DNA from: Haliotis rubra | Lineage: Eukaryota | Assembly (NCBI RefSeq): GCF_003918875.1 | Contig: NW_025767311.1 | Coordinates: 248,001 to 312,000 of the forward strand | Direction of reading: 5' to 3' | DNA: 64,000 bases | Shown: in pieces, positions 25,934 to 39,232 of the stretch | Layout of the letters: every line of letters begins with the position of its first letter | How positions within the stretch are numbered: position 1 is the first letter of the stretch | Position numbers and translations under genes: made by a program | Notes under the pieces: generated by a model | The model's input: only the letters and a program-made list of their open reading frames with translations | The model's database searches: none | What the model was told of the DNA's origin: nothing

Positions 25934-26799
25934 CCACACTGTATGGCTTGTGTGAGGAGTGTACAAGCTGTTACTGTCAGAGGCCTGTAGAATCGAGCTA
26001 GAAACGACGAATGACAGCGTGTAAGTTGATATGATATCTTGTGGTGCTATTTGAATCCGATGCAGAAATATTGTAGAAGTGGGCACGATAAGGACTGTTT
26101 TCCTTTAATGATCCGTGTACATGAGAACTCAGGATACGAAAGCGGCCAGATCAAGTTGTGACATTTTGATTACCCTCTTGATTGAACATTCTGATAGAAA
26201 TTGAATAGGGCTCACTTGTACTCTTTCTACAGACATTAAATTTTGTTGACAAATAACCTGATGGGAGGTACATTAACTCGGGTTATGTGGACAGTATTCT
26301 GTTGCTGGTACTGTAACTATGGCAACAGTATTGACATATCATCACCATATTGTGTTGAGTGTCTTACCTCTGCAGACATGTTTTTCACGGATTTTCTCCG
26401 ATATGTAATAAACGTGTGTTTGTGTGACTTTGCAGTTGGAGAGAGAGAGAGAGAGAGAGAGAAGAGGGGGGTCATGATTAGAAGATGAATGTGCTGATGC
26501 TCCTATGTCTGAGCGTTTGTTAGATGATTAGTAAGAAGATGGTCAGTAAGTGAGTTGGTTTTTAAAAAACGTTGCAGTTGAATGATGGCTGAACAGAGAA
26601 GATGTCTCCCTGGGTTCTGTAAATCACATAGAATCACATACTCCTGCCTGTGACGAAGGAAGTACTTTCATTATATTTATAGAATGTATTGAGACAAAAA
26701 TATGGATTCTCCCAAACAAAGGATTTACTTGCATAGATACGAATTAAGAAAGGAACCAATTTCAATTCTGTCCAAACATTTAATGTTACAACACTACTA

Positions 26800-27480
26800 T
26801 GACACACGACGATCTAAAGGGAAAACTTTCTGCCTTGGTACACGGGACATTTGTCACCAAACGTGGTTACTATACTTGATGGTTGCCAGGTATTTGCTTG
26901 GAACCAAAATGATGTATTGTAGACATGGAGGTAACATGCAATTTGTGCACATGTACATTGTACTGGTGGGAACACATAATTAGCATAAATACTTTTATGG
27001 TGTTGCCTCCGCCAATTAGCATAATAGTGGCCATTAAAGGTCAGACATTTCGCGGAGTAATCTAATAAAAGCGTTTTCTTTTTTCATTGAGTAAATAATC
27101 ACTTTGCCAGCTTAGAGAACACATTGTGCTTTCTTCGGAGCAGTTGAGGTGTGATGTTTCCATAGACTTGACTGATAGTGGTAGACCTAAGCCTCATATA
27201 TGGCTACATTCGCTCATTAGAATCGGCTTTGTCTGCTTCAAAACGTCGTCAGTTGTCACCATGAGAGATGAGGAACCGAGAGCCATGGGACTGAGCGAGG
27301 AAACCTTGTGCTGCCACGTTCATTCCTCCGACTGTGACCTGAGATAGGTGGTTCATCCATTACCACATCATGTAGTAGTGTAAGTATATCAACTGTTGCG
27401 AGTCTTCCTCGTCTTGGAAAATGTATGTCTCTTAGCTGCGCCACTTGAAGGTCTTCCTGGTCTTGGGTTATCTTTATGGT
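26800..27480 (-). pseudogene. Highly decayed Tc1-like transposase relic
   Basis: DNPRPGRP (GRPR-type linker) near 27470 and HVW*QMSRV (post-SPDLNPIE position) near 26860. Confidence 0.45.
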
Positions 27481-27670
27481 TCAGTCTTGCTCTCTAATAT
27501 GTCACTGACCACACTGACCACGTGCCAGTACGGAGCACCGCCACCTTACACGGACACATATGATATATATGACACTGGTAATAAAGAAACATGTTAACGC
27601 TAAGCTTCGAGAACAAAGAAGAAACACACAAACAGAAGCGAACTGATGGCTGATGTCGTTGTGAAAGTGA

Positions 27671-28026
27671 GGTTAGGTGAGGTGAAATTGGGTTTATCGT
27701 CGTGCTTGAGAATATTTCGCTCATATGTCGACGTGCATGCGTGTGTATGTGTATGTGCGGCTGCTTGTACTAGCCCAGATTGAAGCTGTTTTATAGTGCT
27801 AGCCCACTGAGATACCATACCGCTGTGAAGCATGAATACCCCACTCAGACACATTATACTCACTCCGAGCCGACCAGTCCTTGTTGTACCCATTAATGCC
27901 GAGCGCCAGGCAGGGACCAACAAGTACCATATTTTAACGTCTTTTGGTATGACGCGGTCGGGGATCGAACCCGCGACCTTCCGCTCTCCGGGCGGACGCT
28001 CTAACCACTACACCACGGAGGCGGTC
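27671..28026 (-). mobile_element. tRNA-derived SINE family C (V-domain-like)
   Basis: Head with A box TGGTGTAGTGG and B box GGTTCGATCCC. Central CTGGTCGGCTCGGAGTGAGTATAATGTGTCTGAGTGGGG...GCTAGCACTATAAAA resembles V-SINE bodies. Degenerate 15-bp TSD at 27656-70 and 28027-41. Confidence 0.88.
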
Positions 28027-29505
28027 CCGTTCTGGAAGTGATGCATCCGTATTGCAAGTGATGTTCCTCCGTATTTATCAGTTATCCTGTGTAACATGGA
28101 GAGTGTTACCTATAGAACAGGACATGCTGACCTCTCTAACACCTGGTCACCAATTTCACGGATCAATTCAATTAATTTCAATCATTATTTTGCTTTATAT
28201 GGTCTAAGAAGTCGGTTTCAGTATAGCTTCGAGACTGGCTTTGCTTTGAAATTCCCATGGGTACTTTAAAGTGAATAACGCATAATTTCACAACTGCGGA
28301 ACTGCATTATTACAGGTTTACATAATGTTAGCATTACAAGTCAGAATGTTGGTATTGAAATCTGGGTGACTTCTGAATACAAACCCATGGCCAGCCGATG
28401 TTGGAGCGACAAATTGCCTATTGTCACATGAATACCAATACGAATAACAAATGTGATATTTTTTCAGCACAACAGAATCTACATGAATTGAGTTTTCAAG
28501 AAAGTATTTTAGTCAGATCATATTGTGTCTGGCTGATGTCGGAGGAAGGCCACTGTGATGCAGGTCTGGGGAAACTCAAGAACCCAACAGTACAAAGGGA
28601 AATGCGACGCAAGACTGGACAAGAGGCAAACTGCTTCTGCAATAGGATAGCAGAACAAATATGTCTTACCTATACATAGACAGATCTCTATTTCTTATTG
28701 TGACTGGGGATCGAATTTCAATAGCGTGATGACTTGCAGAGTGAATAAACAATGTAAGTTCACCCAATATTTCTCTTCCTTTCATGATCGTCTACTTCAG
28801 ACTTGTACCCTGGTCTTCGCCCCCCTAGCAGCTGTAGGCGGCGAGGAGCGCAAGCGCTTTGGGGCAGGCAGACTAGTTTATCGCATGTTCTCTCTCAAGA
28901 CCTGCCCGCACCATTATATGACATCTGAATCTGAACATCAGAATCCATGTATAAAGTTAATTATGACAATGGGATACGGAGGGGACTCGAGGTTACCATA
29001 CCGGCTTACACGGATCCATAGGAAACACTCCCAGTAAGAGGAACAGCTCTTTGCACTTAGTGAGATAAAAATGGAATTCATGTAAACTGTACCAACCCTA
29101 TGTTATATATGGGATAAGGACACTAGTGACTGTTTAACAGCCCTCCCACTTGGGCCCTAACGAGAGAATACTTAAGTCCTGCCGTGAACACAACCCTTTA
29201 CTGGAGTTGTATGAACCAGAGACAACACATTAGTAACGATCCATTTAATCTGCTCATGTTCTCCACGTTTCAACAGCACTTCGTCCAACCAGGAGCTACA
29301 CTTCATGTCCATCTTAAGCATAATGACTTCTTGCAGCTGAAAACACAAGATACAAAAAAGTATAATGACTTCTTGCAGCTGAAAACACAAGATACAACTT
29401 TTCAATCGATTTTCTACCTCCAATGATAAACGATTAGGAGATAATGAATTGTTGATTTTGTTCACTCACGAAATTTTCTCAACAAATGCAACATGTTTGA
29501 CAACA

Positions 29506-30152
29506 CGAGAAGGTAATGCCACAAATCCTTCAATGCCTCCTCGAGAAGGAAATGCCACCAATCCTTCAATGCCTTCTCGAGAAGGTAATGCCACCTATGC
29601 TTCAGTGCCTTCTCGAGAAGGTAATGCCACCAATCCTTCAATGCCTCCTCGAGAAGGTAATGCCACCAATCCTTCAATGCCTTCTCGAGAAGGTAATGCC
29701 ACCAATCCTTCAATGCCTTCTCGAGAAGATAATGCCACCAATGCTTCAGTGCCTTCTCGAGAATCCTTCAATGCGCCACCAATACTTCAATGCCTTCAAT
29801 GCCTTCTCGAGAAGGTAATGCCACCAATCCTTCAATGCCTTCTCGAGAAGGTAATGCCACCAATCCTTCAATGCCTTCTCGAGAAGGTAATGCCACCAAT
29901 CCTTCAATGCCTCCTCGAGAAGGTAATGCCACCAATCCTTCAATGCCTTCTCGAGAAGGTAATGCCACCAATCCTTCAATGCCTTCTCGAGAAGGTAATG
30001 CCACCAATGCTTCAATGCCTTCTCGAGAAGGTAATGCCACCAATCCTTCAATGCCTTCTCGAGAAGGTAATGCCACCAATCCTTCAATGCCTTCTCGAGA
30101 AGGTAATGCCACCAACCCTTCAATGCCTTCTCGAGAAGGTAATGCCACCAAC
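29506..30152. repeat. 36-bp minisatellite (ATGCCTTCTCGAGAAGGTAATGCCACCAATCCTTCA)
   Basis: About 18 copies; runs in frame into a Tc1 N-terminus. Confidence 0.95.
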
Positions 30153-31270
30153 CAAAACTTCTCCATAGGACGTCTAGAATCTGAAGATTCCGGACTACAG
30201 TTACTCGTCAAATCATCGTACACCCGAGCACCTTATCTCCTCCATGGGATTGTTATACTTGTCTCACATCAACCCAAGATTTCATCGGCATGCTTCTGTC
30301 ACCGACACTGTAAAAACATGTGCCTGGTTTAAGTGAATCAGAGTCAGACATTGTCTGCGAGAGGTGTTCTTTTGTCCTTGTATTGAGCCGTTTGCATCAA
30401 CGACAGTGAATGCGACAGAGCAACATCGTACTGGTAGGACTCTGAGAAACAGATGGCGACTGGTTCAGTGGTTAATCACGATTTCTTCTCCAACGCCGCG
30501 ATGGAAGAGAGCGTGTCTGCCGAAGTTGGAAGTGAACGATTTGCACCGAACTGCGTTCGACATGTCGGCAGCTTCGGAGGTGGAGGGATAAAAATTCTCA
30601 CCTTCTTCGTCACCTTCTTCACATACCACCGTCATAAAGCAGGAATAATGCTGACTGCGGCATTAAACAACAAACCAATAAATCAGATTATCAACCGACA
30701 GATGTTGTTCTTCCTTCAACATGAGCAGGGGTGGTGGGGTAGCCTAGAGGTTAAAGCGTTCGCTCGTCACGCCGAAGATCCGGGTTCGATTCCCCAGATG
30801 GGTACAATATGTGAAGCCCATTTCTGGTGTCCCCCGCCGTGATGTTGCTGGAATATTTCTAAAAGCGGCTTAAAACTAAACTCACTCACTCACTCACTCA
30901 CTCACTCACACCTTCATAATTCAAACGTCAATGTCTTGCCTTGTCCTTCCAGACTTGCGGCTCTTAACCCGACAGAGCATTTATGGCGTGAACTCGATAG
31001 ACCCGTACGTCACCGTCAAAAATACGTCACAGACATTTGCACAGCTGGACAACGCGTTGCAGGACAAGACTCACCCATGTATCAGTCAAAATATATGAAA
31101 CAAACTGAACCAAGTAAAAACAATACGAAGTTAGACTAGCAGTTCTTATCCTTTTCTGAAGAATGCGTGGCTGCGGTTTGGGGGTACTTCCACACCGGCT
31201 ACGACAAGCTTTCATCACACGTCCTCTTCGACACGCTTGCAGCAACACAGGGGAGTTTATGTATTTCAAA
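30125..31270 (+). pseudogene. Decayed Tc1 transposase interrupted by SINEs
   Basis: Fragments SIGRLES, VTRQIIVHPSTLS, RFLLQRRDGRERVCR, ERFAPNCVRHVGSFGGGG and VLPCPSRLAALNPTEHLWRELDRPVR occur in collinear order. Confidence 0.8.
30728..30909 (+). mobile_element. SINE family A (tRNA-Asp-like head)
   Basis: A box TAGCCTAGAGG, GTCACGC anticodon-like arm, B box GGTTCGATTCC and (CTCA)n tail. Confidence 0.92.
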
Positions 31271-33129
31271 ATCACAGAACCGGATGCAGATTTGTGTATC
31301 TAAAGTAACATAACCTTAATGATCGTTCAAAACACTTACCTTAAGCCCGATGGCAAATTGCATTGTTCATACCAGGGTCTGATTAGCACCTATAAAAGTA
31401 TAACATGGAAATTGTGGACATAAAAGTACGACCTTTGGTGTGCAGGGTTGTTTGTGAAACACGTTTCAATGGCAGTGTTCCTGTTAATGAAACACTTCGA
31501 ATATGATATGGAGTAACATTAAAGCACAGTAGAATTCAGAATGAATATTGGCTCTAAAGGTCTCGACACCCTATCACATTTACAATGAGCTTCCCATTTA
31601 CCTGAGAGACAGAAAGTATATGGTTTCACTGGTGGAAACAAGTTTCGAGTAATAGACGTTTCATTTGAATACATACAAGGTCACATGTTGAATATATTTA
31701 GTGTCATTTCTTGATGAATCTAATATTGCCGCCTTTATTTCCATTGACAAAACCAATCATGTTTCCGCTAATAAAGGTCAGCTCTCCAATAGATGATAGT
31801 CCTCTTAGAGGACATTTGGTATGTCTGTAGGTCATTAACCAGCCATTTGACCAGAACTTGTATAATGAACACTGTCCGAGAATTTGATTTTATATCTTTA
31901 ATTTTCAATTGATTAGAAATTATTATTAGAAACCTGGGTCATTTTGATGTGATGTATTATATTTGCGCAAATCTTATGATTAGAAATTTCAGAAAACCAG
32001 TAGGTTACATATCACAAAGAAAGGTCGCTGTTTTGGAACCATCGTTATAACGACGTCCAGATAACACAATATTGTTACTGTCTGATACTATTTGTGTAAA
32101 GCTATGCTCTACTTGTCTACTCTAATTCCGTAGAGGATAGGGCTTCAGGGTATTCAGATTTACTTTCAGTGTCCGATGAAGGCTGATTTGCATCAGTTGA
32201 CCTGAATATACTGAGACGCTCACACATAAACATGACCAAAGACACATGCGCAGGGTCGATCGAGCCAAACAGCAATGCCTCCTGAAACAATCGCAACACC
32301 AAAACAGTAATAAGTTAGTCAGTTAAATCTTTGCAAGCTCACTCAAACAGAACACATTTTACACCCATTTCTAAGCATTTATAAGTTAATTCTTCCTATA
32401 TCCTTGTTGATCATTCTCACATAATGTCAGTTGTCAGTTGAACGCAATAATACGTGGAACCTCATGAATCGGCTTCACACATGGTAAAGAGTTGATATAT
32501 GTACGACATGGGTCGAGGATACTGACCGCCACTGTTTAGTGATACAGATCTATTTCCAAAGCTGTTATCTTAACTTATAAGCAGCAGAACCATTGCACCT
32601 GTTTCCATCAGTCAAAATTTGCAACAAACAACTGGAGTGTGTGAAGCATCACTTGGATGTCTGGTTTGCTTAGAGGCGCCTTCGCCTGGCAGGTCTACAG
32701 CTGTGCAGCGCCGGGAGGTAGGTTGTTACTTTTAAGGTAAATTGTTTGTATGACGGGTGATACCGACAGGGCAGGACATGCTGAGACTGTTCGTGAGCAC
32801 CTGGTGTCATCGTGGACGTTCCGTGGTCCGTGTTTTCACAGCTCATTTGCCCTTTGCACAAAATGGAACAGGTTTTTTCTGGGGATAGTCAGAACTGGTT
32901 ATTCTCTTGGAATAAAGTTGTTTTACTTACTACGCTACGCCATTAAACCTTCATTTCATGTTCATTCGGTTCACATAGCGACTACAAGATTTTGCGGATT
33001 AAACGCTGAGATGTGATCCTCACGAAGGATTTAATAATGATATAAATAACCAAAACATATGATGTTAAAACATGTATATCCTTTGTTGGTTACGAATAAC
33101 AGTGTCAACAGTATTTAGAAACTATATCG

Positions 33130-33600
33130 TATATGAAGCAAGATCAAATGGCAAGGCGACCTAGAATGTTTGAAACCTAAGACGGAACCAACCATGGTTG
33201 TAACATGGTGGTATTAGATGTGTGCTAGGGACCTGCTGTATTCAGCAATCAGTCCAAGCATGCTACCTACGTAGACTCGACACAAGGCGCAGTATGTGAG
33301 CCTATTTCCGAATGTCCCATTCAGTATGTGGGTATACGACCAGGGTTTCAGACCATTGTAAAGCTCCAGGACAGCGGACCAGAAACGGCAAATGTGTATT
33401 CACATATCCCAGATGTCCAGTGGATAGTTCAATCTTGCTATTGATGTCCAGGGACCAAGTAACAAGATTCAGTTTTGACATGTTTGATCTGCCAATGAGG
33501 ACAACGGCCTGTGATCTGAAGGACGTCTCACCAGGCAGTGAACGGGGATGCCACACCGAGATACAAGTTGAGATCACTGGCTGGATATTCCTAACCTAAA
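33130..33600 (-). mobile_element. Possible LINE endonuclease relic
   Basis: Decayed GVA and ILNGTF motifs at about the spacing of APE GGVA and GDFN motifs; many stops. Confidence 0.3.
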
Positions 33601-34114
33601 AGTGCAGACTCCGGGACGCTTAATGATCCGACTGAAACAACAATATTATCATTACCCTTTGATTAATATTCAATATTTTGGAAATAGGCCAGAGCGAAAC
33701 TGCAAAGATAAGATGATTGGTTAACTGGTATCAATAAATGTGATGGTTATGCAAGTGTTGACTAAATATTGCCATGTCATCCTGAACATTTGGAGACCTG
33801 TGCTGTTGCTCAATGGGGTGAAAAGAACCCATTAGCTCGTGAATATTATGATATTTTGTTTAACAACGCGTAGTTATCCAAAGCTGCTGCAGAATCCATA
33901 ACAGATTACCAGGTGGCGTGTAACAATGGCAGTTTCAATTTCAATTTAATTTTACCTCCAGGCTATTTGACAATGTATCCCCTTCTTTTTCAGTTTACTG
34001 TGTGTGTTTTATTTTGTGCACGGTGTATGGCATAACAGCTATATTACGTTTTGAACTTCTTGAAGTTTTGAAGTCTTCTACAGCTAGTATTTTAGCATGC
34101 AATGAAGAAGAAGA

Positions 34115-34324
34115 AGAAGCTGTCCGTGTTAGAAATGGTCTTTAGCTAGTCATGCTTTTGTCATAAGAGGCGACTACTCGCATCAGAAGATCAGGCTGGC
34201 TGACGTAGTTGATGGATGTCACAGTATCCTAATTGGGCAGCTCGATGCTAATAAAGCCAGTCACTGGAATGTCTGGTCGAGACTCAATTATTTACAAATT
34301 ATTGAGTTAAACAACAAGCAACAA
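34115..34324 (+). mobile_element. SINE-like family B, degraded copy
   Basis: GTCATAAGAGGCGACTA...CACTGGAATGTCTGGTCGAGACTCAATTATTTACA. Confidence 0.75.
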
Positions 34325-34394
34325 AGAAGAATGAACCAAATTCTGTAGATGGCCGGTGTCCACGTGGTGACGTGTGGTCTTGTGCCCAGGTCAC

Positions 34395-34727
34395 AAATCA
34401 AGTTAACCAACGTTGGTCACGGAGAGTTCTTGAATGGGTGACCATGTTTGGCAGCTTGATTCAAAGAGGTTCGAGAACTTCAGTCCTGTCCCACAACAAA
34501 ACACCTGTGGTCTCACCTTAGGCAAGTGGGTTTGTTCAAAATTGCCTCTATTCACACAGCAGAAAATGGGTACCCTGTGGGACAAGTCAAATCACTATTA
34601 GCCTTCCAGCACCTCACACACAGCTTGGGTAATAATGTCCATTATGTTGCATGGAGCATGCCCGTGAGGAGTAGAGTTCAACGCTATATAAGTGGCCTTA
34701 TTATTATCATTATCATTATCATTATCT
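34395..34727 (+). mobile_element. Old CORE-like SINE with 5S-rRNA-like 5' segment and L2-type tail
   Basis: AAGTTAACCAACGTTGG...GTTCTTGAATGGGTGACC resembles the 5S internal control region. CCTTAGGCAAGT...AAATGGGTACC resembles CORE. Tail CGCTATATAAGT plus (ATT/ATC)n. Confidence 0.5.
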
Positions 34728-37656
34728 GTCAAGACTACAAAGACGAAATATGGAATAAGTAAATAAATGAATTGTTGTCAATAACAGATTTTGTCACGCT
34801 TATATCTCAGGGATTTCCAAAAAATATCTTAGAAGGTCATACAAATTTATTCATCCACTAAAATTGTTATTGGAGACCAAGTGAACGATAAAGCGTATGT
34901 ATTGATCCATGTTCTATATGAGTACAATACAAACCGCATGTCGAGACAGGCAATTCGGAATGTCTCGTATAGTTTTTGGTCAAACTGAAGAATATAACTG
35001 TTATACATATCTGACCGATGATAAAATGGCCAGATTGGCGTCCCCCATTTGCCTCACGACCAACTGTCAGGAGCGATCTCACTGTCGATATGTGTACCTA
35101 GATACTGGTGTCATTTAGAACTATGCCTGATCTGTAACAAAACACGTCTACATACTGGCAAAAAGCTCACCACATAATAATTGGAAGTCGCGGTTTAGGG
35201 AACAGTTAGCCGACTTTAACATGCGGTATCCAGTTATCACCACACGTGGTTTAAACACGAGGACTATTTGAAATAGAATAGAAAATGTTCTTGTGAAAAA
35301 TATATCATATGCTGGCAGGACCATTTATGCGAAAACGATTAACACGGATTAAAAGACTCTTAATTACAGAATTTTTCAGAATTTACTTTTCTTTTACAAC
35401 TATGTCCAAAGCTTTATGCCTCTTCCCTTTACGAAATGTAGATGTGCTATTGCAGCTGTAAGTATTGCAACAGGCATATATGTTAAGTTTACTGTTGAAG
35501 ACAGCGAGTGTTTTAACTGTTGTTCAGATTAAAGATGAAGAACGTCTTATGTTTCAATGTCCATCATATGATAAGTTTGAATTTACATTACGAGTGTGAC
35601 GGCTGAAATGTCCAAAATGGTTCAACTTCTCGAAAATGAGAAGCTATGTGGGTTTTTGAACTAGGGCATATTTTACTGCATAAACCTGCATTTTCATTAA
35701 CGAATTAGAAAAATACTTTTAGAACAACACCCTTCCAATGCATGAAATGTTCCTTCGTTGGAGTCTTGCTGTAGAGGTGTTCTTCTAATTTTCAGTAGAG
35801 TTTGATGTACGCCAACACGCAGCAGGTTTCATAGATTTACAACCAGATTCCAATTACCAGGCCTGGCACAGATATGGGTTGCAATGTTCTACAGCTGTAT
35901 GGTTGTTGGTGATCTATTAATATATACTTTATATCAATTGTAAATAAGGTACATATTATACATCATGTGTTATGCATGTTTGTAATGTAGGCTTTGATGT
36001 AAGGAATTCCTTTTTATCATCATCATCGTCGTCGTCGTCGTCATCATCACCGTCATCATCATCACCCGTCGTGTATCCCGACTGTATCCCGCCAATCAAC
36101 CTTACCACGTTTCACGAAAAAGATACCAAGGATATCATCACCATCATCAGTTTATGGTTATTAGCACACAATTCCAGTTTCGAGGACACGAAGGGTTAGG
36201 TGAGGAAAAACATGTAAAACAGAAAATAATTGAAACTCTTGACATTTGTGATACAGGTAGTGATAGATTCAAGTGTTGCCGGAGTATTACGTGGGTTGAG
36301 GAGAGAGTATTTCTTTGGTGTGTTGGTAAGGGACCGTCGAAATTTATGGGGGGAAGGGGAGGAGGATATGTACAAAGTAAGTGACATAGGTGCTCGATTA
36401 TTTTATCTAACTGAGTCAAGGTGGAAAGGTTGAGGCAACTTGTAAGTGTGTTTTCACATTTAATCCATTGAGATTTAAATTTCGAGTACGTATTTAGATT
36501 TTTAAATTTTGATGTTGTGTGAAACTTTCATATATTCTATTGAATTCTATTTCGACTTTCCTGGATAAGAGTTCAGGTTGAGGGAAGGGTTTAGCTTAGA
36601 ATTCAAATGTAGTGGCACATTGGGGTTGGTTGACTATCAGGCATACCTTGATGCGGGTGTGATTAGGCCAGCTGCGTTGAATGGAGATCACGTGATGGGT
36701 GATTTTGAGTGGGGTTTCAGGTGAGGGTTTTAAGTGTTTGGTAGCGGTGTATGTGATGTATGTTCTTGTCTGTGACTGTGTATCAGTTTTGACAGGTGAG
36801 TTAGATATGGGACATGCGAGAGCTTCCTATTCTGGGTGCTGTTATAAAAATGTGGTATTTTGCTGAAAATGTTCCGTATTTTCAGGGTTGTTGTGTCTTA
36901 CCTCGGTGATGAAGTCGGATTTATGTTGTGCCAAGAGATTGAAGGTTTTACCCGATATTATTAAAAAGGTATATATAGCTGGGTAGATGGTCTCAGGGGT
37001 TATTTGGTGTTTAGTTTATTATTATTTGCATTTGATATGGAGTGTACTACCGGAGCGACATAATCCAGCTTTGATTAGATAGGTGTTTTATATGTTTTTA
37101 GAAGAGTTTGTTTGTCAGCTCCAAGTCAGAGCGAATTATGACTCTCGTGAGATTTAGAACGTTTGATCAGAATTGACCAAATTAGTCATATGGTCTGACA
37201 ATGTAAAGTGCTGGTCCAATGTGACTCTGAGGAATAGTTTCTGTTTTAAAAGCAATTTATTGATGGTTTAGGAGTAGTTTGTTTGTTTTGGTCTAGGGTG
37301 GGTGGTGGCGGTAAATAGACGGCCGATAGGTTTTGGCTTTAATCAAGAATGCATAATAGGCAGACCAATTTTCAAAACTGGTTATAGTTGATTTTGGATT
37401 TGTTTTGGTGCTTTTGAAGATTTCCATCGGGAGATGTTATCAGTAATTTAATTTCTGAAACAGGCTTTGCCGAATTTAGAAAAGGCAGTCATAAAATATA
37501 AAGGTTGGCAACACAATGTTTCCATGTGGGGTGATATATTTTAAACTCGGTGTGTCAGAGAGTGTGATGTTTGATTCACGGGATGGCTTTCTGTCGGTTA
37601 TAAAGGAGAGAAAGAAAATTAGAATTCTACCATTTCTGGCTCCATTATCTAACTTT

Positions 37657-37746
37657 TGTGTTGGGACGTTGTGTTGGGACGTTGTATTGGGACGTTGTGT
37701 TGGGTGTTGGGACGTTGTGTTGGACGTTGTGTTGGGACGTTGTGTT
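37657..37746. repeat. 14-bp minisatellite (TGTGTTGGGACGT)-type
   Basis: About 6 copies. Confidence 0.85.
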
Positions 37747-38169
37747 AAACCATCTCTAAAGTTTTACAGATATAATTACGTATAGCCAAAGATTATTTCT
37801 TTTGTGTGTACGATATCCTAACGTCTAAATGTCAAATGTGATCTAAATGTTTAATCTTTGGAGTAAAGCCGTTCTGGTCCAGATTGATATTAGACATTTT
37901 AGATATGAGCCTGGTGCCTATTTGGATTCCATGATTTTTCAAATGGTGAAAGGTAAAGGCATAGAGAGATAAGAGCGAGGCTCATAGATGGGTTTCCTTG
38001 GTTTGAGCACTGATACCAACACAGCTGGTGGTTGTCTCTGGCATCCCTATTTGGATACAGTATTGCAATAAGAAGCCTAGAACTTTATAGGAATGTGACT
38101 GAAAATGATACCGTCTAATCCTGAGGGTGTTATGTTTTTCTAGTGTTTGTACTTTTTAGCTGATGTAGT

Positions 38170-38524
38170 AATGTTTAGTTACTAGTATCGTTATAGGTGA
38201 TGTTTAGTTACTAGTATCGTTATAGGTGTATGTGCTGCTTTGGTGATGTTTAGTTACTAGTATCGGTATAGGTGCATGTGCTGCTTTGGTGATGTTTAGT
38301 TACTAGTATCGATATAGGTGTATGTGCTGCTTTGGTGATGTTTAGTTACTAGTATCGATATAGGTGTATGTGCTGCTTTGGTGATGTTTAGTTACTAGTA
38401 TCGTTATAGGTGTATGTGCTGCTTTGGTGATGTTTAGTTACTAGTATCGTTATAGGTGTATGTGCTGCTTTGGTGATGTTTAGTTACTAGTATCGTTATA
38501 GGTGTATGTGCTGCTTTGGTGATT
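38170..38524. repeat. 46-bp minisatellite
   Basis: TGATGTTTAGTTACTAGTATCGTTATAGGTGTATGTGCTGCTTTGG, about 7 copies. Confidence 0.93.
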
Positions 38525-38799
38525 TACCAGTTTATGTTTCCACAACGTACAAGCATTTAGTGAACCAATTTTAAGGGTTCTACAAAAGGTTTGCCACGCC
38601 ACTGTTGTTTGTTTGTTGTTTTATGGTTGTGGTGGGGGTGTGTTTTGGTTTGATTTGGTTATATATTTTTTGAATCGCAATTGTAGTTTGGAATGGTCTC
38701 TCTTTGACAATATTGAGAGCATTTTGGGTTCTGTTTGTGGAGTATTAAACATTTCTTTGCTTTACCAAAGAACTCATTTCTGTGCATAGTGTGCGTTAG

Positions 38800-39232
38800 G
38801 CTTGGTTTGGTTGGTTGTTTTACGCCGCACTCAGCAATATCCCAGCAATATGGCGGCGGTCAGTAAATAATTGAGTCTGAACCAGACAATACAGTGATCA
38901 GAATCATGTGCATCGATCTGGGTTGGAACAAGTATATATGGATGACAACTTCTTTTCTTCTAGAGCATGACGTTCCGATACAGGTTCTTGTATCGTTTTC
39001 AAGTATGAATGGTACAAGGTTGAGGCGAAATTAACAATGTGATGATAACGAATAAAGGGATAACAGAGGATTACAGACATAAACATAGAGCCAGGTGGAA
39101 GCCAGTGATACACAGAGCGCAGTATGTAGCATGTATACCAGTCTGCCAGTCTGACCACCCGATCCCGTTAGTCACCTCTTACGACAAGCATGGGTTACTG
39201 AAGACCAATTCTAACCCAGATCTTCACGGGTC
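38800..39232 (-). mobile_element. SINE-like family B with an internal insertion of about 190 bp
   Basis: 5' GACCCGTGAAGATCTGGGTTAGAATTGGTCTTCAG at 39232; TSD GTGTGC(G/T)TTAG at 38789-99 and 39233-43. Confidence 0.85.

Noticed and set aside
28801-29033. Possible + strand exon (TTCAG...GTAAGA)
   Set aside because: No recognisable product and no supporting neighbouring exons.
30728-30800. tRNA-Asp gene (also at 42740-42808 and 59050-59120)
   Set aside because: No acceptor-stem pairing; continues into a shared body, microsatellite tail and TSD, so these are SINE heads.
39160-39232. HDV-like or twister ribozyme in the family B leader
   Set aside because: Could not fit the canonical P1-P2-P3-P1.1-P4 order or the twister pseudoknots by hand; kept only as an unassigned structured leader.
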